DNA from: the human T2T-CHM13v2.0 reference genome, Homo sapiens
DNA: 64,000 bases
Assembly: GCF_009914755.1 (NCBI RefSeq)
Contig: NC_060931.1
Reading direction: 5' to 3' (one strand)
Position numbers and translations under genes: made by a program. Below, in pieces: positions 1 to 16,001 of the stretch. Position 1 is the stretch's first letter. Each line of letters starts with the position of its first letter. The notes beneath the pieces were generated by a model, which worked only from the letters and a program-made list of their open reading frames with translations, had not been told where the DNA came from and made no database searches.

Positions 1-792
1 GCAGAATGCTCAGGGGGAGATCCGAGAACGAGAAGGTGCTCCCAGCCCCAGGAGCTTCCAGTCTGGCTCTGATCCTTGGCCGACCTAGAGGAAACCTCCA
101 CACACGCCCCTTTTGTGCTAATGGTGCAGTTTGTGTCCCCCTCTGCCCATCACTGTGCTGTGCTTGTTCCTGCCTCTGTGCCTTCCCCTATACTGCTCGG
201 ACATGTCCCCTTTCCTCTCCTCTACCCAGCTAAGCCCTTCTGATCCACGGGGCCCGGCTTCCCAAACCACCCAGCCCACATTCCTCCTTCCTGCTCCGAA
301 CAGGTCCCGTGTGAGCCCCTGCCCCCGAATTGCGTGCTGTCCCATGGACGCTCCAGTCTCTTCCGTGTGTGTCTTGAGTCCCTAACTAGACAGTTAGCTC
401 CCTGAGGGCAAGGGACTGTCATTTCCTCTTGAGTCCTACCAGGGTCTAGCACAGGACTGGGCTCCTAACTCTCAGGAAACACTTGTCGGCTGACTGGTGC
501 CTCAAGCGCTGGAGCTTGTCGGTGGCCGGTAATGGGCAGTGCACGTGGGGAGAGGGTATGTGAGTTAACTCAAGGGTGCCTTTTCTTGGGCTGTGGGCTG
601 GCTCCCCTGGGTCAAAAGTGGATGTCGGAGGCCTCAGGCTCTTACCTCCTTGGGGCAGTGGGAGCATCAGGGACCCCCACCCCCACCCCGGCTCTGCAGG
701 AGTGCACGGAAGTGGTCGTCCAGCCTGGATATTTCTACAGGTTGCTGACTCCTGCGGGAGCTGACTGAGTGGAATAAATGTTCTCTCAACAT
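1..792 (+). ncRNA. Probable 3' end of an upstream + strand transcript (recalled as zinc-finger pseudogene/lncRNA LOC728743)
   Basis: AATAAA at 773-778, CA dinucleotides ~10-15 nt downstream and a GT-rich tract after them. The identity comes only from recall of gene order upstream of GIMAP8. Confidence 0.4.
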
Positions 793-2531
793 CAGCTTGT
801 GTAAGGAGTGGTCATTTGGGGCTTAGCGGGGAGCAGGGTGGTGGCCTCTGTCTCTGCCTCCATCATCTCTTGAGGAATTATGTTTCAAGGTTGCCTGGTG
901 ACCAAAGACCCTAGAAGACACACATCAGAGCCTCAGTGACGAGCTATTGTAGGCTTCTGGCACCTGCACAGTGACTGCCCTTTGCACCTGACTCACACAT
1001 ATAGGGGCTGCAGCCCTTGCTGCCTGCGCAGCCCACGGTGAGGCCAGACTTGCCGAGAAGCGTCGGACGGTTCCCTCAGTGCTTGAGCAGTGGACGGCTA
1101 AGAGTGCTTGAGTCGGGAGACCAGGCCCCTGTGCTGGTCTGTCTCCAGTGGGAGGTCTCGGCCAGGCACATGCCTCTCCTGAGGTTAGTCCCCTTCCCTG
1201 CTCCTCTTCCTTATGGCGTTGTGAGAAGCAAACAAGTAGATATGGAAAGGACGCGAGTGCACAGCGTGGCACAGAGACTCTACCATTGCTCTTTGGGCCT
1301 CCCCACCGAGTAGGACCTGGCTGAAGACCACCTCTCGCAGAGCGCTCTGGACAGCTGACCTTCTGTCCTGCCCGCCGCCGGGTGGCCGTGAGACCTGGGT
1401 AAGTAACTTCCTTCCTGTCAATGGAAGGCCTGGCTGGAGTGCGGTGGGCTCGCTTTGGCACCGTGACCCTGTGCTGCGTCGTCTGACTCTGACTTCTTCT
1501 ATGGCCTCTGTCAGCCAGGAGGGTCCTGCGAGTAAGGAACTTAGGGATTGCACCTTTGAAACGTGGGTGGGTGATGTTGGGAGTGAATCAGGCAGGGTTC
1601 TGTGTTCAACTCAGATTTCAAAAAAGGAAATGATGAGCTCGTGTAAGTGAAAAGTACAGTGACTCGATGGTCACACGGACCCAGCCAGGAAGAAGAAGCC
1701 GGCAGCTCAGCCTTCTGCCTGGCAGCTTCCAGTCCTTCTCTAATGGATCTGAGACAGCGGAGGGTCCTACTCTTGTTGGCCTGAATTGGGTCAGTGCCCG
1801 TTACTAGACCCGTCTCAGTGGCCAGGGGAGTGCAGGGTTCTGAAAGGCCTTGTCACACGCACACCTATGGCCAAGGGGGCTCAGCTGCACCTAGAGTCCA
1901 TGTGCTGGGAGTGGGAAGGTTTTGTTCAGCAGAGGAAAGCCAGAGATGAGAAGATGGGTGGATGGACTCCAGGCAGCAGACCCACACTCTTGCTATGGGG
2001 ACTGGATGGAGGTGGAGCAGGGAGAAGCCGGGCCAGCAGCGTTGGTGTCACCTGGGAGTTGTTAACGCACAATGGCAATTCCCACCCCAGACTCCAGTCA
2101 GAAACTGCATGTGCTCAAGATCCCAGGCGGACAGCATCTGCTGTCAGACCCAGCGCCACTTTGCCATTGCCCTCCAAGGAGGGCCTTTGACTCAGACATT
2201 CCACTGGCCTTGCTGCTTGCAGGGAGGACAATGACGGAGTTTCCTTTTAGGCGAGCTGGTAGAGACAAGAGGCTGCTGCCTTCCCCAGGGCCCAGATACT
2301 AGCCACCGCCACCCCCACCTTCCAGGACTGGCGCACACATCAGCGGGGCTCATCCTGACCTGGCCTGCCCAGCCTGGCTGTATAGGAATTTCCTGGAGTA
2401 CAGACGCAGTACAGGAGGGAAACACTAAGGGAAGGGCCAGTCCTGGGCACAGAAGCAGGTGGCTCACACAGCATGGCTCCTCCACCCGCTGTCTGGGACC
2501 CTCCCCTGGTTCCCATCTCCACCCTCCTTAA

Positions 2532-3190
<659 letters not shown>

Positions 3191-4815
3191 AAGGTCTTTG
3201 AAGAACACAAGCTGAAGCATCTTGCACACAGTAGATCATGACCTGCCCCTTTCTTTGGCCTTTCTGTGTGACACTGGTTACCTCTGGGCCTTCAGTGAGC
3301 TGCTGCTGGATGAATGGACTGGAGGTGACCATCTCCTTGGTGAGAGGCCAGGCCAGAGGACCTAAATGCTGGTGGCCCTCACCAGCTGTGCTGAAGCCCC
3401 TCTCCACTGGAAACAAGGGACAAGAGTCAAATTCACAGGTCAAGGGTTGGGGTCTAGTCTGACCACATGTCTTTGGCCAAGGTCCTTACCATCTCGAGGC
3501 TCAGTTTCTGATACATGAAATGAATGGGGTGGACTGGCCGACCTCAGGTTCTTCTTGGGTGCTTCCCCGACTGCTTGTGCAGGCCTCTTTTGGGTGGTGA
3601 CCCCCCAGCTCGGCTGAGTGGCCAGGCCTCACGGGGCAGGCTGGAGAGGTCCCTGGGACGCTGCTCCTGCTCCTCTGGGCTTGCCACCATTCCTGTGACT
3701 CGGGTTTTGCTCTGCGCTAGGCTACCACCATCTCTGCTCTGTACAGACGCTTGGTGAACTGAAACTGGATTTTTTTTCTTTAAGCAGGAGAACTGCAGTT
3801 GCTAGCAGTTTCTAGCAGCAGACACAGAAAGTCACCTTGGAGCAGAACTTCTTTGTTTCTGGAAGGTCATCAGGCCCTTGCAGTTAAACCAACACTAAAC
3901 AAATACACACTGCTACTCTTGCACTGGCCTTGGACTTGGAAAGCATCTCAAACACAGACACTTCAGGCTGGTGTGTTTGCTCTCCCGTTTCATAACAATC
4001 ACTGTCAAAAGGCTGTTGTAAGGCAGAGCATCAGGGACAGGGGCCTCTGGGGTGTGGGAAGGACCTGAAAATCTCTCAGTGGGGAGGGGCTGAGCTGGTC
4101 CTTCCCCTGGCACATGGAAACCTGCTGGGGGATGACAGGGTCCCCTGAGATGGGGTTTAAAGCATGTGGGTTCAAGAGAATCTGAGTTTATAGGAGTAGT
4201 GAAAACTGTGTCCATGTGTGGGGCAAGAGAGTCTTCTGGAGAGGGTGACATGATGGTGCACAGGCGTTCTGAGAGGTGGGGGAGGGACTGGCTGATGGAC
4301 AGAGGTGACAGCTTCCGCTGCACATGAGTGCTCTCAGAAATTACGGAGCAGGAGGAAGCGTATGGGGCTTCCAGAGGGAAAATGGACTACATATAGTCCC
4401 AGGGACTGCGGAGGATTCCGTCTTTATGACATCGTGAGAACCGTATTTCAGGCTGCCAAGGCGATGCACTGGCTGCTGCTTTTCCCACCTCTGGCCTGGT
4501 GCTCACTCATGGGGTCTGCTGTGCATGGCCAATGCCTGTTCTTCTCCTTTCTGCCACTGCTCTTGGCTTTAACAGGGTTCAGGACATGCCACCCCAAAAT
4601 ATAGCATCTTGGCATCAAGAAAATGGCAGAAGCAGGAAGGCCACATTGCCCTTCCCCTCGCCTGTCTCCCCCGAAGCAGGCCATAGAAGAATTCTCGGAT
4701 CTTCCTCTAAAGCAGGTCATAAGACCCTCATTCCAGAAGCATCCTCCCTATCCCTGGAGAAAAGGAGTGCCCTACAGAGACCCCAGGAAGAATCTGAACA
4801 AACAGGCTTTGCTAA

Positions 4816-5238
<423 letters not shown>

Positions 5239-5335
5239 TGAAGTTCCTGTGTCACATGAAATTTATATTAAATACATTTGTATGCTGTTCCCTTGTTGAC
5301 CTGGCTTTTGTTACGGGGGTCTCAGCCATGAACCA

Positions 5336-5630
5336 TTTTTTTTCTTTTTTAAGACAGAGTCTCACTCTGTCACCCAGGCTGGAGTGCAGTGGTGTGATCT
5401 CGGCTCACTGCAACCTCTGCCTCCTGGGTTCAAGTGATTCTCCTGCCTCAGCCTCCTGAGTAGCTGGGATTACAGGTGCCTGCCACCACGCCTGGCTAAT
5501 TTTTGTATTCTTAGTAGAGGTGGGGTTTCACCATGTTGGCCAGGCTGGTCTCGAACTCCTGACCTCAAGTGATCCACCGCCTCAGCCTCCCACAGTGCTG
5601 GGATTACAGGCGTGGGCCACCGCACCTAGC
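5336..5630 (-). mobile_element. AluS (Sx/Sz-like)
   Basis: Antisense dimer; TSD agccatgaacc (5324-5334) / agccgtgaacc (5631-5641). Confidence 0.95.
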
Positions 5631-6657
5631 AGCCGTGAACCTCTCCATAGGAATTGCCTTCTTCTTCCTATAGTTTCCTCAGCACTCTGCTTTCTGCAGG
5701 TGCCTCTCCTTATGCCGCATGCGGACCCCGAGGGAGGTTGTACTGTGGTTGCTCACAGTCTTGTTTAGGGAATCTCTTAGGCAGAATCCTTTCTCCTGGC
5801 TCTGCTTGTGTCATCTGTGAGCCTCGAGGTGGCTTCCCTAGGCTGGGGCACATCCCCTGGTCCCATAGCTATGGCCCGAGTGACAGAGGTCCCAAGCATC
5901 AATCCCAGGGACTTATTCACAAGGGCATGGTGAGCGTTAGTCTCAGAGGGGGTGTCTATGGACAGGCCTGGGGTGCTCTCCGGCTTGCCTGGCTACTACT
6001 CTGTGGTTTCTCCCTGCTCAGAGCCCATACTTTGCCGTGCAAACTTGTCATTTGGTAAATTATCACGCATGCCCTGTGTTCCCTTTTCTCTCATTTTCTT
6101 GAGATTAGTTTCTCATGTGTTTTTGGCTTGATCTCCAATCAATGACAAATCATATTTGTGCAACATTTTCTGGTTCACTTTCACAGGTGTAACTTGAGGG
6201 CGTGGATGTGATCTTGCAGGCCCGAGGCTCCCAGTGTCTGACATGGGGAGCTCCCGATGAAGAGATGGCTGGCCTGGTTGCATGAAGGTTGTCTTGATGG
6301 GATTCTTGTTCTGGACATAGAGCTGGACCCTTGGACAACCAAAATATCACTTCTGGAGCTCCTGGGGTTCCATACTGCCTCCCCCTGGTGGGTAGGTATT
6401 TATAGTGAGTTCTCCCTCGTGCCTGGAGAGTATTATAAAATGGGACTGTTTTCTTGGCCATTGTCGGAGCATATTCAGGACATTTTACAATAAGAGAAAA
6501 TCAAGAAACAGGGCCAGTTAATATGGCGGTGCTATTTTAGGCAATAAGGCAAGTCGCAACAGATACTACACATCACTGGTAGGTCACATTCTGTGAACGC
6601 AATGCAATAGAAGTCATTCACAAAAGACAGCAAATGAAAACTTGTATACATTCAGGG

Positions 6658-6670
6658 TTTTTTTCTTTCT

Positions 6671-6702
<32 letters not shown>

Positions 6703-6912
6703 TGAGATAGGGTCTCACTCTGCCGCCCAGGCTGGAGTGGTATAGTGGTGTCATCATGGCTCACTGCAGCCCCAAACTCCTGGGCTCAAGGGATCCTCCT
6801 ACCTCAGCCTCCCAAGTAGCTAAGACTACAGGCATGTGCCACTATGCCCGGCTAATTAAAACTTTTTTTTTTTCCTGTAGAGACAGGTTCTCACTTTGTT
6901 GCCCAGGCTGGC
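6658..6912 (-). mobile_element. 5'-truncated AluJ
   Basis: Right monomer plus part of left; TSD acattcaggg at 6648-6657 and 6913-6922. Confidence 0.9.
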
Positions 6913-7132
6913 ACATTCAGGGATTTCAAAAACACATTTATTAATAATTCAAATCAAAGAAAAAATTGTGATGGAAATAATGAAATATTTATGAATTAAT
7001 GACTACTGTGAAATGCTACACTTCAAAACTTGTGGATACAACTGAAATCAACTAGAGGAAATGTTTAGCTTTAAATGTATTCATCAGAAAAGAAGACGTT
7101 TTGAAAATCAAAAAGTCAAGAGTTCAATTTAA

Positions 7133-7410
7133 GGCCAGGCATGGTGGGATGGTTCACACCTGTAATCCCAGCACTTCGGGAGGCCAAGGCAGGAGGATTG
7201 CTTGAATCCAGGAGTTTGAGACCAGCCTGAGCAACGTAGCGAGATCCCATCTCTAAAAAAATTTTTTTTTAAATTAGCTGGGCATGGTGGCATGCACCTG
7301 TAGTCCTAGCTACTTGGAAGATCCCTTGAGCCCAGGAGTTCGAGGCTATGTTTGCACCACCTCACTCTGGCCTGGATGACAGAGTGAGATGCTGTCTCTT
7401 TAAAAAAAAA
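7133..7410 (+). mobile_element. AluJ
   Basis: Dimer with J-type ggaggattgcttga; imperfect TSD ttcaatttaa/ttcaacttaa. Confidence 0.9.
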
Positions 7411-8035
7411 TTCAACTTAAGAAGTTAGAAAAATAATGGAATATATAGCCAAAGAAGGAAAAAAATAAGGATAAAAATTAATGGACTACAAAACAAAAAT
7501 AATATTAAAGAGACTCAGTAAAACCAAAACCCGTTCTTTGAAAAGACAAATAAAACAGACAAACCTCTGCAAAAAGTAAAAAAAAGAGAGAAGTCAGTCA
7601 TAAACAATGCTAGGAATGAAAAGAAGATGATTACCATGGATACAATAGAGATTTTGAAAAATCATGATAAAATACTGTGAACAATTTATGACTATTTTAC
7701 ATTTATATGAAATGGATTATTTTCTAGAAAAATATAAATTACTAAAAGAAACTTAAACCAATCTGAATATACCTATAAGCATTAGAGTACCTGAATCAGT
7801 GGTCAAAAATATAACCTTCATTCCCTTAAGTTAATTAAGATAGGAGGCCCAGATAGTTTTACTGAGGAGGTTTGTCCACCTTTAATGAAAAGATAAGCTC
7901 TCACATACAAACAGTTCCAGCGAGTAGGGGGAAAAACACATCCAAACTCATTTAATGAGGTAGATTAGTAAAAGTTGAAGACGAAACCAGAGCAGAACAG
8001 CACCATGTAGAGAAATTTTCAGCCAGTCTCACTTA

Positions 8036-8503
<468 letters not shown>

Positions 8504-9552
8504 TTAGTGGAGGAGAAAACATGATTATCTCAACAGATGAAAAAAAAGCATTTGCTCTCTATAATTTGATTCAATTTAATTAAAAGACAGAATCCAAAAC
8601 AAAGAAAACAAAACAAAAACCAAACCACCCTCCTTTCCATGATCACCTCTGTTGTCTGCTCCCGTCCATTTCTCCCTTTCCTTGTCATACTGTATCTTTC
8701 CTGCTCTTCTTTTTCCTTTAGAAACTCACACACCGTCATGGGTAATGCCTTTGCCTTGTTACCTCTGCATGGAATATTCTGTTCTCAGAGCTTCCCAGGG
8801 CTCCCTCTTGTCACTTAGGTATCAACACAGCTGTCATCTTCTGGGGCCTTGCTCAGACCCATCTCTAACTAACCAGCCCTCTACTGCAAGTTGCCCAGTT
8901 TTAATTCCCCCTGAACATTGATGATGGACATTGCCTTGCTTATTTACATGTTTGCTTATTCAGGATCTCCCGCTTCAAACGTGAGTTGTCCAGGACAGTG
9001 GGACCCTGTCTCTCCACTGCCCAGAACAAAACTGGGCAACTTTCAGGTGCCAAGGAAATGTTTGCTCTATTAACTGGCTCTGTTTCCTTGGCCATTATGG
9101 GGTCTTCTCGGGAAATTTTATAATGTGAGCAAATCAAACCGATTAATTTTTCAAATGTACTGTAATATTTGGGACTACATTTAACAGCAAAGTTGATAGG
9201 TTGCACTTTGTAGACACGAGTTTCAGATTTATTGATTTTGATTTTGCAGTTTTCTTTTGGTATTTGGGGTTGAAAACAACCTTTAACCTTTTCATAATTT
9301 TACCAAACTCGTAAACTAGGCCCTTTGCCTGTCATCTCTAATGGAAAATGGACCTGTTTGGGGCAGTTATGCCATGTTTGTCTCTTTCTCTTTGTTTGTG
9401 CTTCCAATAAATGGAATTTATTTCATTTTAAAAGTGCGGGTTGTGTGAGATTCTTCATTTGTTAGACCGCGCGGGTAGGTAGAGAGGACCTAACGGCTTA
9501 GTATTCTCGGTGGTGCGCGGCTGCACCACTTTCACCGGTGCCGGGAGGAGAG

Positions 9553-9569
9553 CGGCGCCCTCTAGTGCA
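9553..9569 (-). promoter_or_regulatory. CTCF motif, reverse orientation
   Basis: Reverse complement TGCACTAGAGGGCGCCG matches the core CCASYAGRKGGCR at 12 of 13 positions; lies in a CpG-rich patch. Confidence 0.6.
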
Positions 9570-9867
9570 CATTTTGAGATCTGACGTTGAGTGAATGGAT
9601 GGATCCGCAGCCAGGGCTGTTTCTCCAGTGCCCTTAGGGGCCGCATTGATGTTAGAATACAAGTCAGGGACCATGTAGGCGTCCAGTTAGTATTTGTCGA
9701 ATGAATTAATGTCTAGAACCATGAACTTTTCGGACTGCCCTAAAGAAGTGAGTCCGAAAAGCAGAGTCATAAAAATAAATGGTCCTGTTAGAGATGAAAG
9801 GAAGGTTGACAGCTGAGATAGAGGAGACAAGAAGCTGGAAGGAATGCAGTTAGAAATGTGTTTCTTG

Positions 9868-10165
9868 GGCCGGGAGCGGTGGCTCTCGCCAGTAATCCCA
9901 GAACTTTGGGAGGCCGAGGCGGGTGCATTACCTGAGGTCGGGAGTTCGAGACCAGCCTGACCAAAATGGAGAAACCCCGTCTCTACTAAAAATACAAAAA
10001 ATGAGCCGGGCTTGGTGGCGGGCGCCTGTAATTCCAGCTACTCAGGAGGCTGAAGCAGGAGAATTGCTTGAACCCAGGAGGAGGAGGTTTTAGTAAACCG
10101 AAATCGCGCCACTGCACTCCAGCCTGCACAACGCAGCAAGTCTCCGTCTAAAAAAAAAGAAAGAA
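9868..10165 (+). mobile_element. AluSp
   Basis: Diagnostic ggtcgggag and atggagaaaccccg; TSD agaaatgtgtttctt at 9852-9866 and 10166-10180. Confidence 0.93.
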
Positions 10166-10470
10166 AGAAATGTGTTTCTTTTCTGGTTTAAAGAGGACAT
10201 AAGAAGAAAACGTAGGGTAACTTTCCAGCGAGAATTAGCCCAAAAGCCGCAGTGGAAGCTTGCTCACTAAGACCTACAATATCGAACAGGCCGTGCATCG
10301 ATCTGGTGAGACACCAACTCCCAGTCGACTGCAGGAGGAGAGAGGCCGCGTGGAGAGGCAGTGGGAAGCCGACGACGCCAGCTGAAAAGCCGCGGCTGCT
10401 TTCATCTGTAAGTACGTGTTTCAAATGTAGATGTTTACTGGGGAAATTTGAACGCCAATGGGATGTTTGA

Positions 10471-10878
<408 letters not shown>

Positions 10879-11267
10879 TGAAACGCTGTCTGGGATTTGC
10901 TTCAGAATCATCTGGGGTGTGGGTGAGGGTGGGGGTAGAGGTGAAACAGCACTGACTCTGTGTTGATAATTTCGAAGCGGGGGGTGATAGGGAAAGTTCA
11001 TTACACTTTGCTGTACTATCATCATGTGCTAGAATTTTCCCGTGACAAGTTAATATATGTTTGTATATGATCTTTTTGTTCCTTTTGAAAATTTCTCTCC
11101 TAAGACTCCTAAAGAAGCAAATGTGTTGGGACGAGGAGAGGAAATGTTTTTGGTTGAATTGAAGTTTTTGTTTCGGGCTATTTCCTTTGGCTCAAGAGAC
11201 CATGATGGCTGAGAAGGGGGAGGGGCTAACAGGACTGCTTGCTTAATTTATATAGGGGGTGATTTCA

Positions 11268-11445
<178 letters not shown>

Positions 11446-11714
11446 CACAAAAGAAAGATTGGGAAAGGCAAACTAATGAGACAACTGATCCAAATAATTG
11501 TTTGTGGTTGAATTGATGGGAGGATGAATCCACTTTTCTTTTATTCTTCTTTTTTCTTTTCTTCTTCACTGCCCCAGTCAAGGGAGAACCTACTTTTCTA
11601 TATTCACTGGAAAATATGAAAAGTTTTCCAAATAATACTGAACAAATAGAATTGCATCAAACACCTCTTTGCTGTCCATTGGATAGTTGGTATGAAGCAA
11701 CTTTTGTTAAAAAA

Positions 11715-12160
11715 TAGACTTTATTTTTAGAGCAGTTTTAGGTTCAGAGCAAAATTGAGCAGAAAGTACAGCAATTTCTCATATACTCTCTATCCCCACA
11801 AGCATAGCCTCCCCCACTATCAGAGTGGTACACTTCACACAATCGATGAATCTGCACTGACACATCATTATCACCCTAAGTTCGTAGTTTCCATTAGGGC
11901 TCACCCTCGGCGTTGTATATTCTATGGGTTTGGACAAATGTATAATGACACGTATCCACTGTACAGTCTTTCCACTGCCCTAAAACTCCTCCGTGCTCCA
12001 CCTATTTATCCCTCCCTCTACCGAAACCCCTGGGAACCACTGATGTTTTTACTGTCTCCATGGTTTTGCCTTTTCCAGAATGTTCCAGAGTTGGAGTCAT
12101 ATGGTATGTAGCCTGTTTGGATTGGCTCCTTTCACTTCATAATATGCATTTAAAATTCCC
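11715..12160 (-). mobile_element. L1MC-type 3' end
   Basis: tagactttatttttagagcagttttaggttcagagcaaaattgagcagaaagtacag is the antisense L1MC 3' terminus. Confidence 0.75.
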
Positions 12161-12167
12161 CCATGTC

Positions 12168-12570
<403 letters not shown>

Positions 12571-13049
12571 CTAAATGCTTTTAAAAGGAAAAATGATATA
12601 AATAATTTTTGAGAATTCCAGCTCTTTAAAATGACTGTTATCTTCACCTGATCTCTCAGCCGCTTGGATACTAAATTGGGGGTGCAGGTGGGGAATGCCC
12701 AGCTCATGCCAGCATTTCAGATGCTGATGCCCATCTGTAACAGAATCCTCTGAATTAAGGCTAAGTGACGGCTCTGCTGAATTTTTGGAAGTAATTTCTG
12801 TGTTTGCCTGAATTTGGAAAAATTCTGAGGGACACTAGAAATGCCTAGAGGTTTTATGAAGACATGCAACATTAACAACAACTTCCAGTCGAGACTGGTC
12901 GTGGTTTCCAGGCAGATGTGGAATCCTCTGGGTCTTCTTTCTGGAAAAGGGTGGGTGAGGGGCAGATAAGACAAGATTGACCATGCACTGACAATTTTGA
13001 AGCTGGATGAGAGGTAACTAGGGGTTCCTTATGCCTTTCTTTCTTTTCT

Positions 13050-13980
13050 TTTTAAGGATTGTGGTAAAATACACATAACATAACATTTACCATCTGCTAT
13101 GGTTTGAATGCTTGTGTGACCTCCCAAAATTCATGTTGAAACTTAATCCCCAATGCAACAATATTAAGAAGTGGGGACTTTAGGAGGTGATTAAGTCCTG
13201 AGGGCAAAGCCCTCATGAATGGGATTAACAACCTTATAAAAGGGCTGGAGGGAACTAGCTAGGCCTCTTTTTGCGCTTCCATGTGGGGACGCATAAAGAA
13301 GGCGCCATCTTGGAAGCAGAGGGCAGCCCTCACCAGACACTGAATCTGTTGGCCCCTTGATCTTGGACTTTCCAGCCTTCAGAATGGGGAGAAAATTTCT
13401 GTTCTTTATGATTTTATAAGTTTTTGTTCTTTATAAATTACCCAGTCTCAGGTATTTTGTTATAGCAGCGCAAACAGACTCAGACATTACCGTGACCATG
13501 TTTGAGGGGATGGTTCAGCAGTGTTAAATATACTCATATTGTGGTGCAACCAATCTCCAGGACATTTTCATTTTGCAAAACTGAAATTCCACTCCCATTA
13601 AACAACAACTCCCCATTTTCCCCTCCCCACAGGTCCTTGCAACCACCATTCTACTTTCTATTTCTATGAATTTGACTACTCTAGATACCTCATATAAATA
13701 AAATCAGGTGGTATTTTTAATTTTGTGACTGGCTTATTTCACTTAGCATGATGTCCTCAAGGTTTATCCATGTTGTAGCACGTTGAGACTGGATTTCCTT
13801 CCCTTTAAGTCCTGCACAATATTCCATTGCGTATATATACACCATATTCTGTTTATCCATTCATCTGTCAATGGACATTTGGGTTGCCTCTATGTTTTGG
13901 CTATTGTGAATAATGATGTTGTGGATATGAGTGTACAAATGCCTCTCGATATCCTTCTTTCAGTTATTTTAGATGTATAC
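13050..13980 (-). mobile_element. L1MB-type 3' end interrupted by an MST LTR
   Basis: ttgtggtaaaatacacataacataacatttacc ... ccattctactttctatttctatgaatttgactactctagatacctcatat. Confidence 0.8.
13095..13486 (+). mobile_element. MST-family MaLR solo LTR
   Basis: TG...CA termini: tgctatggtttgaatg ... ggtattttgttatagcagcgcaaacagactcagaca. Confidence 0.85.
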
Positions 13981-14151
13981 CCTTCATTACACTCCTCATT
14001 CTCCAGCTGGAATACAATTAGTTTTGTGATTTGTTTCCTGCCACTGTGGTAGGCTACATGGTCAGTGCTGTGGATGGGTGAAACCAGAGGGTTAAAATTC
14101 CTTGAATTTGACAAAGTCATACACATTAACTTGTGTGTGTCTGTGTGTGTG

Positions 14152-14495
14152 TTTGAGATGGGGTTTGTCCTTGTTGCCCAGGCTGGACTGCAGTGATGCA
14201 ATCTTGGCTCACTGCGACCTCCAACACCCGGGCTCAAGTGATCCTCCCACCTCAGCCTCCTGAGTAGCTGAGATGACAGGCGTGTGCCACCACAACCAGC
14301 TAATTCCTTCCTTCCTTCCTTCTTTCCTTCCTTCCTTCCTTCTTGCCTTCCTTCCTCCTTGCCTTCCTTCCTCCCTCCCTCCCTCCCTCCCCCTCTCTCT
14401 CTCTTTCTTTTTTATTGTAGAGACGGGGTTTCAACATGTTGCCCAGGCTGGTCTGGCACTCCTGGACTCAAGTGATCGGTCTGCCTTGGTCTCCC
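14152..14495 (-). mobile_element. AluJ with (CCTT)n/(CT)n expansion in the middle linker
   Basis: Antisense J-type monomers separated by a pyrimidine repeat at ~14304-14405. Confidence 0.9.
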
Positions 14496-14553
14496 CTCAA
14501 AACATTTGTTTTTTTTGTATTGAGTAAAGGCTCTTCAGTTGTTAGTTGTATAG

Positions 14554-15063
<510 letters not shown>

Positions 15064-15559
15064 TCGTAGCAACATGAATTGAAGGTAAGTGATTAATTTT
15101 GGCCACATCCATTCAATGGGAAGGCAGGGAACCTCTTTTTGGGAAAAATAAACCTGCTTAATGTTTTCCAGAAAAATAGTTTATAGTATCTTGCCAAGAG
15201 CACAATTATTGCCAGTCGTACCCGGAGGCACAGAGGTTGTGAAAGGCGCCAATGTCATCTGTTTTGTATAACCATGAATACCTTATGTGTGAAATGACTT
15301 TGTGTGTTTAAATGTGTAGGGCTTTTTGATATGGGGTTATTCTTCATGTATTCTGCATATTATGATATGTTTGGTGAATCCCAATCTTATAAAAGAGAAA
15401 GGAAAATCAGCACTGCTGGTAGCACTTGAAATTCAATAGGTGTAGAGATTATTATTATTAACAAAGTGACTAAAATAGGAGGACTCAATTTGGAAAATTT
15501 GAGACGTGAAGCCTTACTGGTTAAAAAGAAATCAATAGATAAAAGGTCATTAATTTAGT

Positions 15560-15641
15560 ACTTTCATTTTTGTATTTTTTGAAAAAGAGGCCCCCCAAGT
15601 TCTATAAGCTTCAAGCTCCATAAATCCTGGATCTGCCCCTG
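15560..15641 (-). mobile_element. hAT-Tip100 DNA transposon terminus (ORSL-like)
   Basis: Reverse complement begins CAGGGGCAGATCCAGGATTTATGGAGCTTGAAGCTTATAG, resembling the recalled ORSL end. Confidence 0.4.
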
Positions 15642-15948
15642 GTGACGGCTCGGCCCCTTCACTTGCTGGGAGGGGAAGGTAGTTTTATCAATAGAACATT
15701 CCCTTTGCCACATTGAATGCCACTTGATTGTCTCCCCAAGGACAGACCCTTCTCAATTTCAAGGGCTCCGTGTGTGTGGGGGGAGGTGGGGGGGAATTAT
15801 GCAGTCATTGTCCCCTGTGTCTCATTCTAAAGCAGCAGAGGCTTGAGCACAGGCATGGGTGTCTCTGAAATAGTTGTGCGCTGGGGCCTCCTCCTGCCCC
15901 GTCAGGGAGAACGTGGTGGTGGTGGGGGGAGGAGCCATTATGGTGGTA

Positions 15949-15950
<2 letters not shown>

Positions 15951-15998
<48 letters not shown>
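15951..15998. repeat. (GT)24 microsatellite
   Basis: Pure GT alternation, 48 nt. Confidence 0.98.

Positions 15999-16001
<3 letters not shown>

Noticed and set aside
6257-6493. Possible KRAB-B-like remnant (LDIELDPW) given nearby zinc-finger genes
   Set aside because: Similarity is limited to two or three residues, with no KRAB-A box or zinc fingers.
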